A stretch of DNA of 64,000 bases, from positions 64,001 to 128,000 of IMG/VR virus record IMGVR_UViG_3300045988_108212. One strand, given 5' to 3'. The notes under the pieces are model-generated. The model did no database searches. It saw nothing but the letters and a program-made list of their open reading frames with translations, and was not told where the DNA came from. Within the stretch, counting starts at the first letter, position 1, and every line of letters starts with the position of its first letter. Positions 52,227 through 60,839 of this stretch are shown here, piece after piece. Source of the stretch: a virus. Position numbers and translations under genes: made by a program.

Positions 52227-53569
52227 ACTTCATCATCCTCATCTTCATTATCATATAAATTTTCCACAGGTGCCGTCTGTTGGAACATATCTGTTGGAGA
52301 TAGGTTTCTAGCCTCGCACATTGCACAAAAGACTTTCAATACCTTATCCCATTCATGTTCTTGAATCCACTGAAGAAATGGTTTCTTTCCACGTTTCTTA
52401 ACATCAATCTGATATTTATACTGTAAGTTCTTATAAAGCTCATTCCACATAACAGAGAATTGCGTTCCTGTTACCGCAGCCAACTTCCTAATCCCAGCGT
52501 TCATCTTATTGCGATCATCCCATGTTAAAATTTCCGCTGCTAATAACTTGTTATCATTCTGCAACTTCTGATTCTCTTCTTTAAGTTCTTTATTTTGTGT
52601 TCGCAGATCGGTTACCATAGCAAGCTTGACATCCTCAGAAAATGACGGGAAGTAGTGTTCAATGAACTGTGACTCTTTCCCAAAGTCAACTGCACCGCCT
52701 GTCTTACGGATGTTTTTAAGATATTCTTTAATCTGTTTCTTCATCTGCTTTGCAATCGGCTTACGTGATTGCATACACACTTCATAGAGTCCATCTTCTG
52801 TGAGAAACCAAAATGGAACTTTAGTTTTTCCATCAGTGTCTAATTGACCTAAATTCTGAGTGCCAAGATTGTTGGCAGTCAAAATTTTAGTCTTAAATTT
52901 TTCATCTGAATCAACAGATTGTAACATCATGTCTGTCTTATATTTTCCATTATCTCTCTTACTGTAATCAATCCATTCTGCAACATCTCTCGCAAGGAAT
53001 AACGGATCTTCAATACTTCTATACAGATCAATTCGTCTGCCTAAAATTTCCGTTGTGTCAACAAGCTGCACACCTGCCTCTACCTGTTCTTGTTCTCTCT
53101 GTTCTTCTATCGTGATATAATCGTTGATAAAAACATAATATCTTACGCTCTCAGCAAGGTTTGAAGTTTCCATCAGTAAAGATAATCTGATTAAGCATTT
53201 AAGAGTGAACACCTTAGCACCCTTATAACCGAATGAGATATTTAATCCGTTCGGATACGTTACCATGATTCTTCCCTTCTGTTTTTCCGTTGTTGCATCC
53301 TGACCATCAATAATCTCCTGCACTGTCTTAACTTCCATCCCATCTTCCAAAAATTCTTTACGATACTTCGTACACAATCGTTTGACTTCCTCAACATCTC
53401 CATCAAAAAATCGTGCTACCTGTTCCGTAGTGATATAATCTCGTCCAGGGAGCCACGGAATCGGCTTGATCGTAACTTGTTTTAAAAGTTCTGTGTTCTG
53501 CACCAGTTCATCTCTCTTTGCCTTATCCAAAATTGGATCGCAAGGGATTTCCATTTCGTTTAGATTCAT
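52217..53569 (-). CDS. Bro-N domain protein (antirepressor family)
   Basis: The central FLARDVAEWIDYS....FWFLTEDGLYEVCMQSRKPIAKQMKKQIKEYLKNIRKTGGA is a typical Bro-N domain. The start is set to ATG 53569, after AAAGGTGG. Confidence 0.7.
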   Translation of the reverse strand: MNLNEMEIPCDPILDKAKRDELVQNTELLKQVTIKPIPWLPGRDYITTEQVARFFDGDVEEVKRLCTKYRKEFLEDGMEVKTVQEIIDGQDATTEKQKGRIMVTYPNGLNISFGYKGAKVFTLKCLIRLSLLMETSNLAESVRYYVFINDYITIEEQREQEQVEAGVQLVDTTEILGRRIDLYRSIEDPLFLARDVAEWIDYSKRDNGKYKTDMMLQSVDSDEKFKTKILTANNLGTQNLGQLDTDGKTKVPFWFLTEDGLYEVCMQSRKPIAKQMKKQIKEYLKNIRKTGGAVDFGKESQFIEHYFPSFSEDVKLAMVTDLRTQNKELKEENQKLQNDNKLLAAEILTWDDRNKMNAGIRKLAAVTGTQFSVMWNELYKNLQYKYQIDVKKRGKKPFLQWIQEHEWDKVLKVFCAMCEARNLSPTDMFQQTAPVENLYDNEDEDDEVWN

Positions 53570-53665
53570 AATTAATTCCACCTTTCTTATGTAAAAATTT
53601 GTATAAAAAAAGACACTCTGGAATTTTCCATAAGTATCCTAGTTACCTATATTAATTTGTATTCA

Positions 53666-54187
53666 CTATAATTCTAGTTCATCAATTTCTGGCGTATCGG
53701 AATGATCCATTTCCCTTAGTTCTTCAATGCTAGTTCCTAATGACATAATAGCCAATTTGAATTGTTCGGGATCAACATATCCCGCAGGTCTATGCCAAAA
53801 ATTTTTAGCGAAGTCTGGATTATCTTCTTTTTCCCATTCATAAGCTCTGTGAAATGCTTCATCATATAGTAGTCTAGCTCGTGTTGGCAGCTTCATCGGA
53901 TCATATCCTCTACTTTGCTGTCTATAATCTTCTATTATGTTATCCCAGCTAAGATCATCAGGAATCTTTTCTATTATGTATACTTCTTGTAAAGCTTCTT
54001 CAGGTACATCAGGATAATAAACTAAAGCATATCTTTCGTTTCCATCCTTAATGTATTTGTATACTTCATGTTCTAGGTCTGGAAGTGCCGTATATTCTAA
54101 TCCGCTTTCTTTTAGTTCCTTTACCCAATTTCTTATAGAAGATGCTTGTCTCCACACATCTTTTCCATAATGCTTGAATTTATTCAT
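53666..54187 (-). CDS. hypothetical protein
   Basis: The start is set to ATG 54187, 8 nt after GGAAGGAG. Confidence 0.5.
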   Translation of the reverse strand: MNKFKHYGKDVWRQASSIRNWVKELKESGLEYTALPDLEHEVYKYIKDGNERYALVYYPDVPEEALQEVYIIEKIPDDLSWDNIIEDYRQQSRGYDPMKLPTRARLLYDEAFHRAYEWEKEDNPDFAKNFWHRPAGYVDPEQFKLAIMSLGTSIEELREMDHSDTPEIDELEL

Positions 54188-54239
54188 ATTCATAACTCCT
54201 TCCATATATAATCTGCTTTATCAAATAATATTTTCCATT

Positions 54240-54410
54240 CTATCTTCCGTTCCAAAGATCGGAAAAAAACTTATAAATCCCATACAGAATAGCAACAAAT
54301 GCTATAACCATTAAAATTCCATAGCCACCACCTAAGATAGCTCCTAACATATATTCCAAACTATCCTCTGGAACGATAAATATAATTATTAATAATAAAA
54401 CCAACGGCAT
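54240..54410 (-). CDS. small membrane protein (56 aa)
   Basis: MPLVLLLIIIFIVPEDSLEYMLGAILGGGYGILMVIAFVAILYGIYKFF. AAGGAGA SD. Below the track cut-off. Confidence 0.45.
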   Translation of the reverse strand: MPLVLLLIIIFIVPEDSLEYMLGAILGGGYGILMVIAFVAILYGIYKFFSDLWNGR

Positions 54411-54518
54411 AATTTATTCTCCTTTGCTTTGTTCTTGAAGTTTCTCTGATCATCTGGTATCTCAACCAATATGTATATATTATCATTTTCTTCAACCATC
54501 GTAAACAGTCCGTAGAAA

Positions 54519-54713
54519 TTACACTTCACTTTCCTCTACCTCACTTGCGAATAACTTGTACTCATAGTCGTAACCACCGCCATCACAAGGTATATCAATA
54601 TCTCCTGTATTAATCTTTTCCGCTACAATATTTCTTGCTTCGTCCTCTGTTTCTGCTTTGATTTCAACTGATCTCTTATATGTTTCTACAACATCTATTA
54701 TATATTTTTTCAT
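54519..54713 (-). CDS. small acidic early protein
   Basis: The start is at ATG 54713. The track's MEIY extension starts inside the SD (GGAAGGATGG). Confidence 0.5.
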   Translation of the reverse strand: MKKYIIDVVETYKRSVEIKAETEDEARNIVAEKINTGDIDIPCDGGGYDYEYKLFASEVEESEV

Positions 54714-54730
54714 GTAAATTTCCATCCTTC

Positions 54731-55072
54731 CTATTGTTTTTCTAGTGCTTCAATAAAAGTCTTATACATAAGAATATCTTGCTTAAGACAGTTCTCAAAG
54801 ACCACTTTGCCTTTTTGATTAAGAAATAAATCAGAAGAAAGATTTTGTAATCGTATTTCATAATTTTTCTTTCGTCTATTTAATTTTTCCAACAATTCTT
54901 CTCGTGTTCCACATTGTCGGATGTCGGGACCTAAGCTACTATTTAATTCCATATCATTTCCATACCAATAGAAATTTCTTTTTGAGTCTGGGCTGCATAC
55001 CAATTTACATACTACACCAAGACCATCTGGTTTGGTCGTTGTTCCATAATTTGATTCTACTAAAACTCTCAT
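54731..55072 (-). CDS. hypothetical early protein
   Basis: The start is at ATG 55072, after TAGGAAGGATGGAAATAATC. Confidence 0.5.
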   Translation of the reverse strand: MRVLVESNYGTTTKPDGLGVVCKLVCSPDSKRNFYWYGNDMELNSSLGPDIRQCGTREELLEKLNRRKKNYEIRLQNLSSDLFLNQKGKVVFENCLKQDILMYKTFIEALEKQ

Positions 55073-55107
55073 GATTATTTCCATCCTTCCTACGATAAAA
55101 TTGACAT

Positions 55108-55389
55108 TTAATTTTCATCATCTATAACTTCCATACAAACTTCTCGTGCTTTATCCCAAACATTGAGCATAATAGTTGCATCATGTACTGCTGTTGTTAA
55201 TTCTTTTACCTCTTCTTTCAGTCTTTTATACTGTTTGAGTGAGATTTCTTGCGTATAGCTTTCTGCCTGAACCAACTTCATATGAACAATTGCTAATGTT
55301 TTCGTCAGGCTAGATAAAGTTTGAGAAGCATCTTCATACTCTTGACATATTGCCACCATCATTTCTGTATCATATTTTTTATCATTCAT
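55108..55389 (-). CDS. hypothetical early protein
   Basis: The start is at ATG 55389, after TAGGAGATGGAAATT. Confidence 0.5.
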   Translation of the reverse strand: MNDKKYDTEMMVAICQEYEDASQTLSSLTKTLAIVHMKLVQAESYTQEISLKQYKRLKEEVKELTTAVHDATIMLNVWDKAREVCMEVIDDEN

Positions 55390-55401
55390 AATTTCCATCT
55401 C

Positions 55402-55635
55402 CTATCTGCAAATAGATCCATCTGCATTGACAAGCTTATTTTCCATTTCTGCGTTGTTGTCTGCAATATTGTGTAACACATAATACAGCAGATCATCTTT
55501 TTTAGACAATTTTCCAACGCTTTCGGTTAACATTTCCATATCTTCTTTATAATCATCTACAAACGTGTCATAGTCCATTCCTAAAGACATATTAAATAAG
55601 ATGTTTGCGATTCTTTTTGCTTCTTTGTTTTCCAT
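55402..55635 (-). CDS. hypothetical early protein
   Basis: 77 aa with GGAGAG SD. Confidence 0.5.
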   Translation of the reverse strand: MENKEAKRIANILFNMSLGMDYDTFVDDYKEDMEMLTESVGKLSKKDDLLYYVLHNIADNNAEMENKLVNADGSICR

Positions 55636-55649
55636 AACTAATCACTCTC

Positions 55650-56294
55650 CTATTCTTTAATCTCGTTTGCAATGTCGTTTCTTGTTCCTCTGATAGAGCA
55701 TCCTTCTGTATCATGTCGCATCAGGATCTCGTAAATCTGTTCCTCCTCTTCCTCTGTTAGAGAAAATCCTCCCCAATATCCATAATCATTCTCTCCGTGA
55801 CACATAACGATTCCGATAATTTCCTGTTTTGTTTCTGCATTCATAATTCTTCCATCCTGTTCTTCTACGTCAATCCATTCTGGTTCTCCATCAATGTAAC
55901 ATCCGCAATCTTCTGCCCCAAACTCTAATTCAGTAGGGTTAAAAGTGATATTATCCATCATGTATGTTTTAATTTCATTTTTTGTAAGATCTACATTGTA
56001 TTTTTCTGCAACCGCTGTGTAAAAATCATCAAGTATATACGCATCAGGGTTTTCCATGATACCGCTAATACTAAATTCTTCTGCATAATATTTTCCGTTG
56101 ATTTCTACGATGTCACGCCATGTGAATTTGTGTTCCTTAAATTCATTAATAATGTCACTTGCAATCATTCCAATAATCGGCTGTTTTCCGCATTGCTGTC
56201 GTTCTAGCTCGCAGTTAACTAATTCCAATACATCAATATCCAGTCCGTTCTCTGTTTTTACGATTGCACTATAATAATCTCTATATTTGTTCAT
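55650..56294 (-). CDS. hypothetical early protein, paralog of 56709..57152
   Basis: Begins MNKYRDYYSAIVKTENGLDIDV. Shares FTWRDIV..NGK.Y.EEF.ISG.M and DCGCYIDG.PEW with its paralog. The start is after GAGGTGGAAATT. Confidence 0.6.
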   Translation of the reverse strand: MNKYRDYYSAIVKTENGLDIDVLELVNCELERQQCGKQPIIGMIASDIINEFKEHKFTWRDIVEINGKYYAEEFSISGIMENPDAYILDDFYTAVAEKYNVDLTKNEIKTYMMDNITFNPTELEFGAEDCGCYIDGEPEWIDVEEQDGRIMNAETKQEIIGIVMCHGENDYGYWGGFSLTEEEEEQIYEILMRHDTEGCSIRGTRNDIANEIKE

Positions 56295-56333
56295 AATTTC
56301 CACCTCATATCTTTCTTCCAAATCTGCATTTTA

Positions 56334-56621
56334 TTATCCGACTAATTCTAAGTATCCAGCCTTCACAAGATCCTCTTTTTGTGATAATGGCTGCGGTACA
56401 TACTGCATACCCTTTTCTCGATCGTAGTCGTAATACCATACACTGTATTCTTCAATCGGTTCCAATATATGGATCGCAAGACTAACTTCCATTACGTTTA
56501 CCGCCTGAACGCAAGCGTTCTTCATATCTTCTAAACTACATAATGTGCTGTATTGTGGTTTTAATTTTTCCACAAAATCTTCAAAGTCTAATCTTTCATA
56601 CTCTTCTCTGCTAACTTTCAT
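56334..56621 (-). CDS. hypothetical early protein
   Basis: 95 aa with GAGGTAAG SD. Confidence 0.5.
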   Translation of the reverse strand: MKVSREEYERLDFEDFVEKLKPQYSTLCSLEDMKNACVQAVNVMEVSLAIHILEPIEEYSVWYYDYDREKGMQYVPQPLSQKEDLVKAGYLELVG

Positions 56622-56645
56622 TCGTTCTTACCTCGTTTCTTTCCA

Positions 56646-56679
56646 TTAAAAAAAGGAAGATACATTTCTGCATCTTCCT
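56646..56679 (-). terminator. rho-independent terminator
   Basis: Minus strand: AGGAAGAT-N10-ATCTTCCT followed by TTTTTTT. Confidence 0.7.
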
Positions 56680-56708
56680 AGATTACTTTGTTCTTATTTA
56701 ATTTTCCG

Positions 56709-57152
56709 CTAGTCTATACACCATTCAGGCGTTCCGTCAATATAGCAACCACAATCTCCGGCAAGAATAATTTCCGTTGGATTTAATGGTATATTATCCA
56801 TTGTATATGTCTTAATATCCTTCGGACTAACATCATACTTCTTTGCTACAGCTTCTAAAAAATCATCAATCTGATATGTATTTTTATCATCCATCAAACC
56901 ACTAATCATGAACTCTTCTTCATATAATTTTCCATTGACTTGTACGATATCTTTCCATGTAAAATGATGTTTCTTGAATTCATTTAAAGTGTCTTTGGCA
57001 AACGATTTTCCAAAGCATCCATCTTTGCAATCGCAACTACTACAATCTATATAAGAATGATGATTGCAAGTATTATTACATTTGTTTACGTCAATATCTA
57101 ATCCGTGATCTGTTTTTGTAATTGCATGGTAATAATCTTTATATCTAAGCAT
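56709..57152 (-). CDS. hypothetical early protein, paralog of 55650..56294 with Cys-rich insert
   Basis: Begins MLRYKDYYHAITKTDHGLDIDV. Carries CNNTCNHHSYIDCSSCDCKDGC where the paralog has a different segment. Confidence 0.6.
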   Translation of the reverse strand: MLRYKDYYHAITKTDHGLDIDVNKCNNTCNHHSYIDCSSCDCKDGCFGKSFAKDTLNEFKKHHFTWKDIVQVNGKLYEEEFMISGLMDDKNTYQIDDFLEAVAKKYDVSPKDIKTYTMDNIPLNPTEIILAGDCGCYIDGTPEWCID

Positions 57153-57166
57153 ATTTTCCACCATCC

Positions 57167-57505
57167 TTATTCACATTCTTTCTTTCCGATAAGCTGAATA
57201 ATGCAACCAAAATCTCCAGCACGATATACTCTAATTTTGTCTGCCTTATAATCTGCCATCAATCCTACATCGTCATAGATTTTGAGCCATGCCCTGAATC
57301 CTGATGATGTTTCAAATTCCATCTCTAAGGTATAGTGATCTCCGATCTTTGCGTTCTCATCCACAATATAAGCATTATATCTTCCATCACAACCAAAATT
57401 TAAGATATTCGCCTTCAATCCGTCTTTTGTTGTGCCTACAAAAATTAAAGCCGCAATATCACTATCCCCAATAAATTCTCTATCGTATTCTTTATATGAT
57501 TTCAT
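57167..57505 (-). CDS. hypothetical early protein
   Basis: The start is at ATG 57505, after AGGAAGGTGGAAATT. Confidence 0.5.
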   Translation of the reverse strand: MKSYKEYDREFIGDSDIAALIFVGTTKDGLKANILNFGCDGRYNAYIVDENAKIGDHYTLEMEFETSSGFRAWLKIYDDVGLMADYKADKIRVYRAGDFGCIIQLIGKKECE

Positions 57506-57518
57506 AATTTCCACCTTC

Positions 57519-57998
57519 CTATTCTTCATAATTTTCTAAATCCCAATGTTCTTTTAAAAGCTGGATCACAAACTCAGGATATCCCATAAAGTAATACCAT
57601 TCATAAGATTCTTCTATCTGATCTAGTTCTTCTCTAGTAAGATCTTCACAATATTCTTCATTATATCCGTTTTCGTCTGCCCACGTTTCAAAATCCATTG
57701 CCGTTTTCTGAAAATCTTTAACCTTATCACTAATCCGTTGCAAGTCGTTCTCTTCAATCGTGATTAAAGGTTTTCCATAATCATCGTAAAGATCTTCCCA
57801 CAAATCATTATTCCATTGGATCTTTGGTTCGTGCTGGATATAAATGTTTGTTAATCCGTTTACATTCAATCCCGTTGTAGCTACTAATTTTCCAGTTTCT
57901 TTTTCTACGCCATAAAACATTCCCGGTTTTACACAAAATCCACCGTAAGAGGCGTGTCTAAAATGTTCAGGCAAGATCAGTTCTTTGAACTCGTACAT
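57519..57998 (-). CDS. hypothetical acidic early protein
   Basis: The start is at ATG 57998 (MYEFKELILPEH), after AGAAGGAAATT. The track's 44-codon extension runs through a promoter and the tRNA-like element. Confidence 0.5.
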   Translation of the reverse strand: MYEFKELILPEHFRHASYGGFCVKPGMFYGVEKETGKLVATTGLNVNGLTNIYIQHEPKIQWNNDLWEDLYDDYGKPLITIEENDLQRISDKVKDFQKTAMDFETWADENGYNEEYCEDLTREELDQIEESYEWYYFMGYPEFVIQLLKEHWDLENYEE

Positions 57999-58049
57999 AA
58001 TTTCCTTCTTTCTGCCTATCAGGACTTTAAATATTAATAGTTTTCCTTT

Positions 58050-58078
58050 ATTATACACGATAATTTCCATCGTGAAAA
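58050..58078 (-). promoter_or_regulatory. possible promoter
   Basis: Minus strand: TTTTCA (58078..58073), 17 nt spacer, TATAAT (58055..58050). Confidence 0.35.
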
Positions 58079-58124
58079 GTGACGGGATAGGAATCGAACC
58101 CACCGATAAAAGCACTCTTTTATC
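58079..58124 (-). other. tRNA-like fragment (T-arm, 3' acceptor strand and an 8-bp hairpin); not a complete cloverleaf
   Basis: Minus strand: GATAAAAG-AGTG-CTTTTATC, then GTGGG-TTCGATT-CCTAT (canonical T-loop), then CCCGTCA-C. A 6-nt complement of the acceptor strand (GTGACG) occurs at 58161..58156, but no D-arm or 7-nt anticodon loop can be drawn. Confidence 0.45.
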
Positions 58125-58138
58125 TACCATACGCCACC

Positions 58139-58267
58139 GTTTTTCCGTTCCAATACGTCACTACCATCAACCAGTAGTACAGTCTTTCCGTTCATATAAA
58201 GTAACTATTAGCTTCAATAGTCGAGTCTTTCCGTTATGGTGTATACTCATATCATCATGAGTAGTAA
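58139..58267. repeat. three direct repeats GT(C/T)TTTCCGTT phased at exactly 43 nt (iteron-like)
   Basis: Copies start at 58139, 58182 and 58225. Copies 2 and 3 share an extended motif TAGTnnAGTCTTTCCGTT. A degenerate fourth copy lies near 58260. Confidence 0.65.
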
Positions 58268-58273
58268 AAGCCT

Positions 58274-58522
58274 TTAATTGGCTATGTAACTAAATAATTC
58301 TGACGGATCTTCTTTTAAAATTTCCGTCATGCCGTTAATTGCTTCTTCTTGCGTTCTGTATTTCCGAAAAATTCCGAACGTGTTCTTGAATAATAAGAAG
58401 TATTTGTAACCATGTAAGCTATCATCAATTCCAGCGTTCGGAGGATTTTCCGTAAAGTATAACGTGTGATACTTGCGTTCTACGTGACACGCTAATGATT
58501 CCATAGTTGTTCTGCGACTCAT
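58274..58522 (-). CDS. hypothetical early protein
   Basis: The start is at ATG 58522, after GTAGGTGGAAAGA. Confidence 0.5.
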   Translation of the reverse strand: MSRRTTMESLACHVERKYHTLYFTENPPNAGIDDSLHGYKYFLLFKNTFGIFRKYRTQEEAINGMTEILKEDPSELFSYIAN

Positions 58523-58538
58523 TCTTTCCACCTACTTT

Positions 58539-58727
58539 CTAATCTTCTTTATATTTAAAATAAACGTCTACATTGTTCTTATCATCGTGGCTCCAACTAG
58601 ATCCAACGTATTTTCCACTCATACCACAATCTTCTAAATCGTACTCACAACATAAGTCATTGTATTCATCGGGCGTATTACAAAAAATTTCTGTTCTACC
58701 ATCTGTATAAGTGTTTCTTACGATCAT
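58539..58727 (-). CDS. hypothetical early protein
   Basis: The start is at ATG 58727, after GTAGGTGGAAATT. Confidence 0.5.
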   Translation of the reverse strand: MIVRNTYTDGRTEIFCNTPDEYNDLCCEYDLEDCGMSGKYVGSSWSHDDKNNVDVYFKYKED

Positions 58728-58736
58728 AATTTCCAC

Positions 58737-59195
58737 CTACTTTCTTGTATTTAACATTTTCTTTCTAAAATCTTTTATTTGTTCCATCGTTAACCATTTA
58801 GGTTTTTGTTCGTCTGTAAATGAATTCCATATTTTTTCCATCTCATCGCAATGTTTTTCAATGCTTTCTTTATATAAGTATTTCTTACAACCGTTTCCAT
58901 TTCTTAAGAAGTATTCGCAATCTGCTTTTAATCTACTTAGAAACTGATAATCACGTTCTCTAAGATTCCTTGAAAATGGTTTATCGCATTTGATTTCTTG
59001 CATTACTGACTGATTTGGTTCACCACAAATATCTCCAAGTTCATCCATGTAAGCACCAGTGTATAAGTCAAGTCCATTTTTCCCATCGTTTATGTCAAAA
59101 TATAGCTTTTCGTTTTCATCTTTATAGCATGGATATTCCATAAATCCACCACCAAAACCGACGAATTTTACTGTTAATGTATTTGTATTTTCCAT
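58737..59195 (-). CDS. hypothetical early protein
   Basis: 152 aa. The C-terminal half DYQFLSRLKADCEYFLRNGNG...KPKWLTMEQIKDF resembles a domain seen in large polyvalent proteins of mobile elements (from memory, unverified). Confidence 0.5.
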   Translation of the reverse strand: MENTNTLTVKFVGFGGGFMEYPCYKDENEKLYFDINDGKNGLDLYTGAYMDELGDICGEPNQSVMQEIKCDKPFSRNLRERDYQFLSRLKADCEYFLRNGNGCKKYLYKESIEKHCDEMEKIWNSFTDEQKPKWLTMEQIKDFRKKMLNTRK

Positions 59196-59210
59196 GTTTC
59201 CACCGCCCTT

Positions 59211-59483
59211 CTATAATCTTTCCATCAGTTCTACGGCTAAGATATACGCTACATACTTCCATACGTTCACATATCCGTTTAGATCTTCCAGCTTGCATTG
59301 TAATACCGTATGGATCATTCCATCGCAGAAGCCCTTGCTTTTAAGTTCTGCGATAAGATCTTTCTTTGCGATCGGTGGCAAGGCTGCGACTCTGATTTTT
59401 CCAATGTCAAAAGTGTTACGTTCTTCCTTTTCCACTGTCTGAATCACTACCATGTTTGTTCTTGTCATCTTTAAAATTTCCAT
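59211..59483 (-). CDS. hypothetical early protein
   Basis: The start is at ATG 59483, after AGGAGAATAATT. This removes the overlap with 59494..59730. Confidence 0.5.
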   Translation of the reverse strand: MEILKMTRTNMVVIQTVEKEERNTFDIGKIRVAALPPIAKKDLIAELKSKGFCDGMIHTVLQCKLEDLNGYVNVWKYVAYILAVELMERL

Positions 59484-59493
59484 AATTATTCTC

Positions 59494-59730
59494 CTATTCT
59501 TCCTCATCTTCTATACATTCGCCACAATCTATTGCTTCATCTTTACAAGCATACAATATACCGCCAAATCCACAGTTACACTCCCAATCCTCAAACAATT
59601 CCTGGATAGAATCTCCATCGTTCATAAAATATCTGTCCATAGATTCCATTAAATCTTTTAATGAAAAACCGTGATCAATCATCCATTGTAACTGATACTG
59701 TTCATAAGTTTGTTTCTTTGAAATTTCCAT
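59494..59730 (-). CDS. hypothetical acidic early protein
   Basis: 78 aa with GGAAGG SD. Confidence 0.5.
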   Translation of the reverse strand: MEISKKQTYEQYQLQWMIDHGFSLKDLMESMDRYFMNDGDSIQELFEDWECNCGFGGILYACKDEAIDCGECIEDEEE

Positions 59731-59747
59731 TTTGTGTACCTTCCTTT

Positions 59748-60053
59748 TTATAAATCATTTCTTAATGTTGTTAAATTCCATTCAATAAATGACGAATCAT
59801 CGTTTACTTGTTCAATACGTGCAAAACTTCCATCATCGGATATATCGACAAATAATCCATAATCACTATAATCCTTTTCAGAAACACTCATATCAATTTC
59901 CAATTCTCTACATTCTATGTTCAATTCATCCTGATATTGTTTTCTAATAAATGCAACCGCTTCTTCTTCTGTACTAAAAACATAAAGCGGTGAATCACAA
60001 TCAAAACTGTAATAAACAGATACAAAGTATAAATCTTTTAAGTTCTTTTCCAT
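59748..60053 (-). CDS. hypothetical acidic early protein
   Basis: The start is at ATG 60053, after GGAGGAACGATAGA. Confidence 0.5.
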   Translation of the reverse strand: MEKNLKDLYFVSVYYSFDCDSPLYVFSTEEEAVAFIRKQYQDELNIECRELEIDMSVSEKDYSDYGLFVDISDDGSFARIEQVNDDSSFIEWNLTTLRNDL

Positions 60054-60070
60054 TCTATCGTTCCTCCTGG

Positions 60071-60286
60071 TTATTTCCACCAATTTTTATATACTTCTAT
60101 AATGTCATCAGAATTATTTTCAAAATCTTTTCCATGCTTATAGATTGATATATCAGTTGCTTTAATCTCATCACTATGTAACCACTTCATAGTTTCTCTA
60201 AGTTGTTCATACCCGTAAACTTCATAGCTATCCCTATACCCATTCTTATCTTCATAATAGATAAGATACGTTGCACGATGATTCAT
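60071..60286 (-). CDS. hypothetical early protein
   Basis: 71 aa with GGAGGATGG SD. Confidence 0.5.
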   Translation of the reverse strand: MNHRATYLIYYEDKNGYRDSYEVYGYEQLRETMKWLHSDEIKATDISIYKHGKDFENNSDDIIEVYKNWWK

Positions 60287-60300
60287 AATCTTCCATCCTC

Positions 60301-60534
60301 CTATGCCGTAATCAGTTCATAATCTTCCAGTAGCTCCATCAGGTTTGCTTTTTTCCATCTATGCAACACTCGATCACCCGTTTCATTTCTAATCGGTTTG
60401 GCAAGCTGATTCCCATTGTGATCTTTCTTCCATTGCATAAATTGTTTAACTGAATTGTGATAATGTCCATCGTTGTGGACTTCTATGTATTTGTTCTCAT
60501 TCCTTTTGTTTCTGTATATAGTAATCGTTGTCAT
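60301..60534 (-). CDS. hypothetical early protein
   Basis: 77 aa with GGAAGGAG SD. Confidence 0.5.
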   Translation of the reverse strand: MTTITIYRNKRNENKYIEVHNDGHYHNSVKQFMQWKKDHNGNQLAKPIRNETGDRVLHRWKKANLMELLEDYELITA

Positions 60535-60538
60535 AGTT

Positions 60539-60823
60539 TTACACTCCTTCCTTAACTTCCATTGCCATCCAATCAGCTTTCTTGATCTTTTCCATACCGT
60601 GGAACACTAAGAAGCCGTTTACATGGTTCATAGTTGTTGGGCTGTAATCGTTCCACAATCGGATAAGTTTTCCGTTGACTAACTTACAGACAATAGTTTC
60701 ATATGATTTAAGCTCGTAACCATTGTCGATAACTCTTTCTTTTGCTTTACCGTAAAAACTCTTTCTTCCAGTAAGACAAGGAATATCATAAAATCCAGTG
60801 TACATTGTATTTTCTTTTCTCAT
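60539..60823 (-). CDS. hypothetical early protein
   Basis: The start is at ATG 60823, 8 nt after GAAGG. Contains ..KSYETIVCKL..SPTTMNHVNGFL. Confidence 0.5.
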   Translation of the reverse strand: MRKENTMYTGFYDIPCLTGRKSFYGKAKERVIDNGYELKSYETIVCKLVNGKLIRLWNDYSPTTMNHVNGFLVFHGMEKIKKADWMAMEVKEGV

Positions 60824-60839
60824 AGTTCTAACCTTCTTT

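Noticed and set aside
57999-58130. 44-codon N-terminal extension of ORF 57519..58130.
   Set aside because: It reads through a TATAAT promoter box and the tRNA-like T-arm and has no SD. The ATG at 57998 has the standard junction sequence.
58139-58267. CRISPR array.
   Set aside because: The repeats are only about 12 to 18 nt, there are three to four copies with a 43-nt period, they have no palindromic repeat structure, and there are no cas genes in the window.
54519-59507. N-terminal MEIM, MEIIM, MEIYM and MERM leaders on many small ORFs.
   Set aside because: The upstream ATG or GTG is part of the SD itself ((A/G)(T/G)GGAAATTATG). It has no SD of its own, while the second Met is spaced 5 to 9 nt from the SD. 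The paralog pair confirms this, since both begin at M(N/L)(K/R)Y..DYY.
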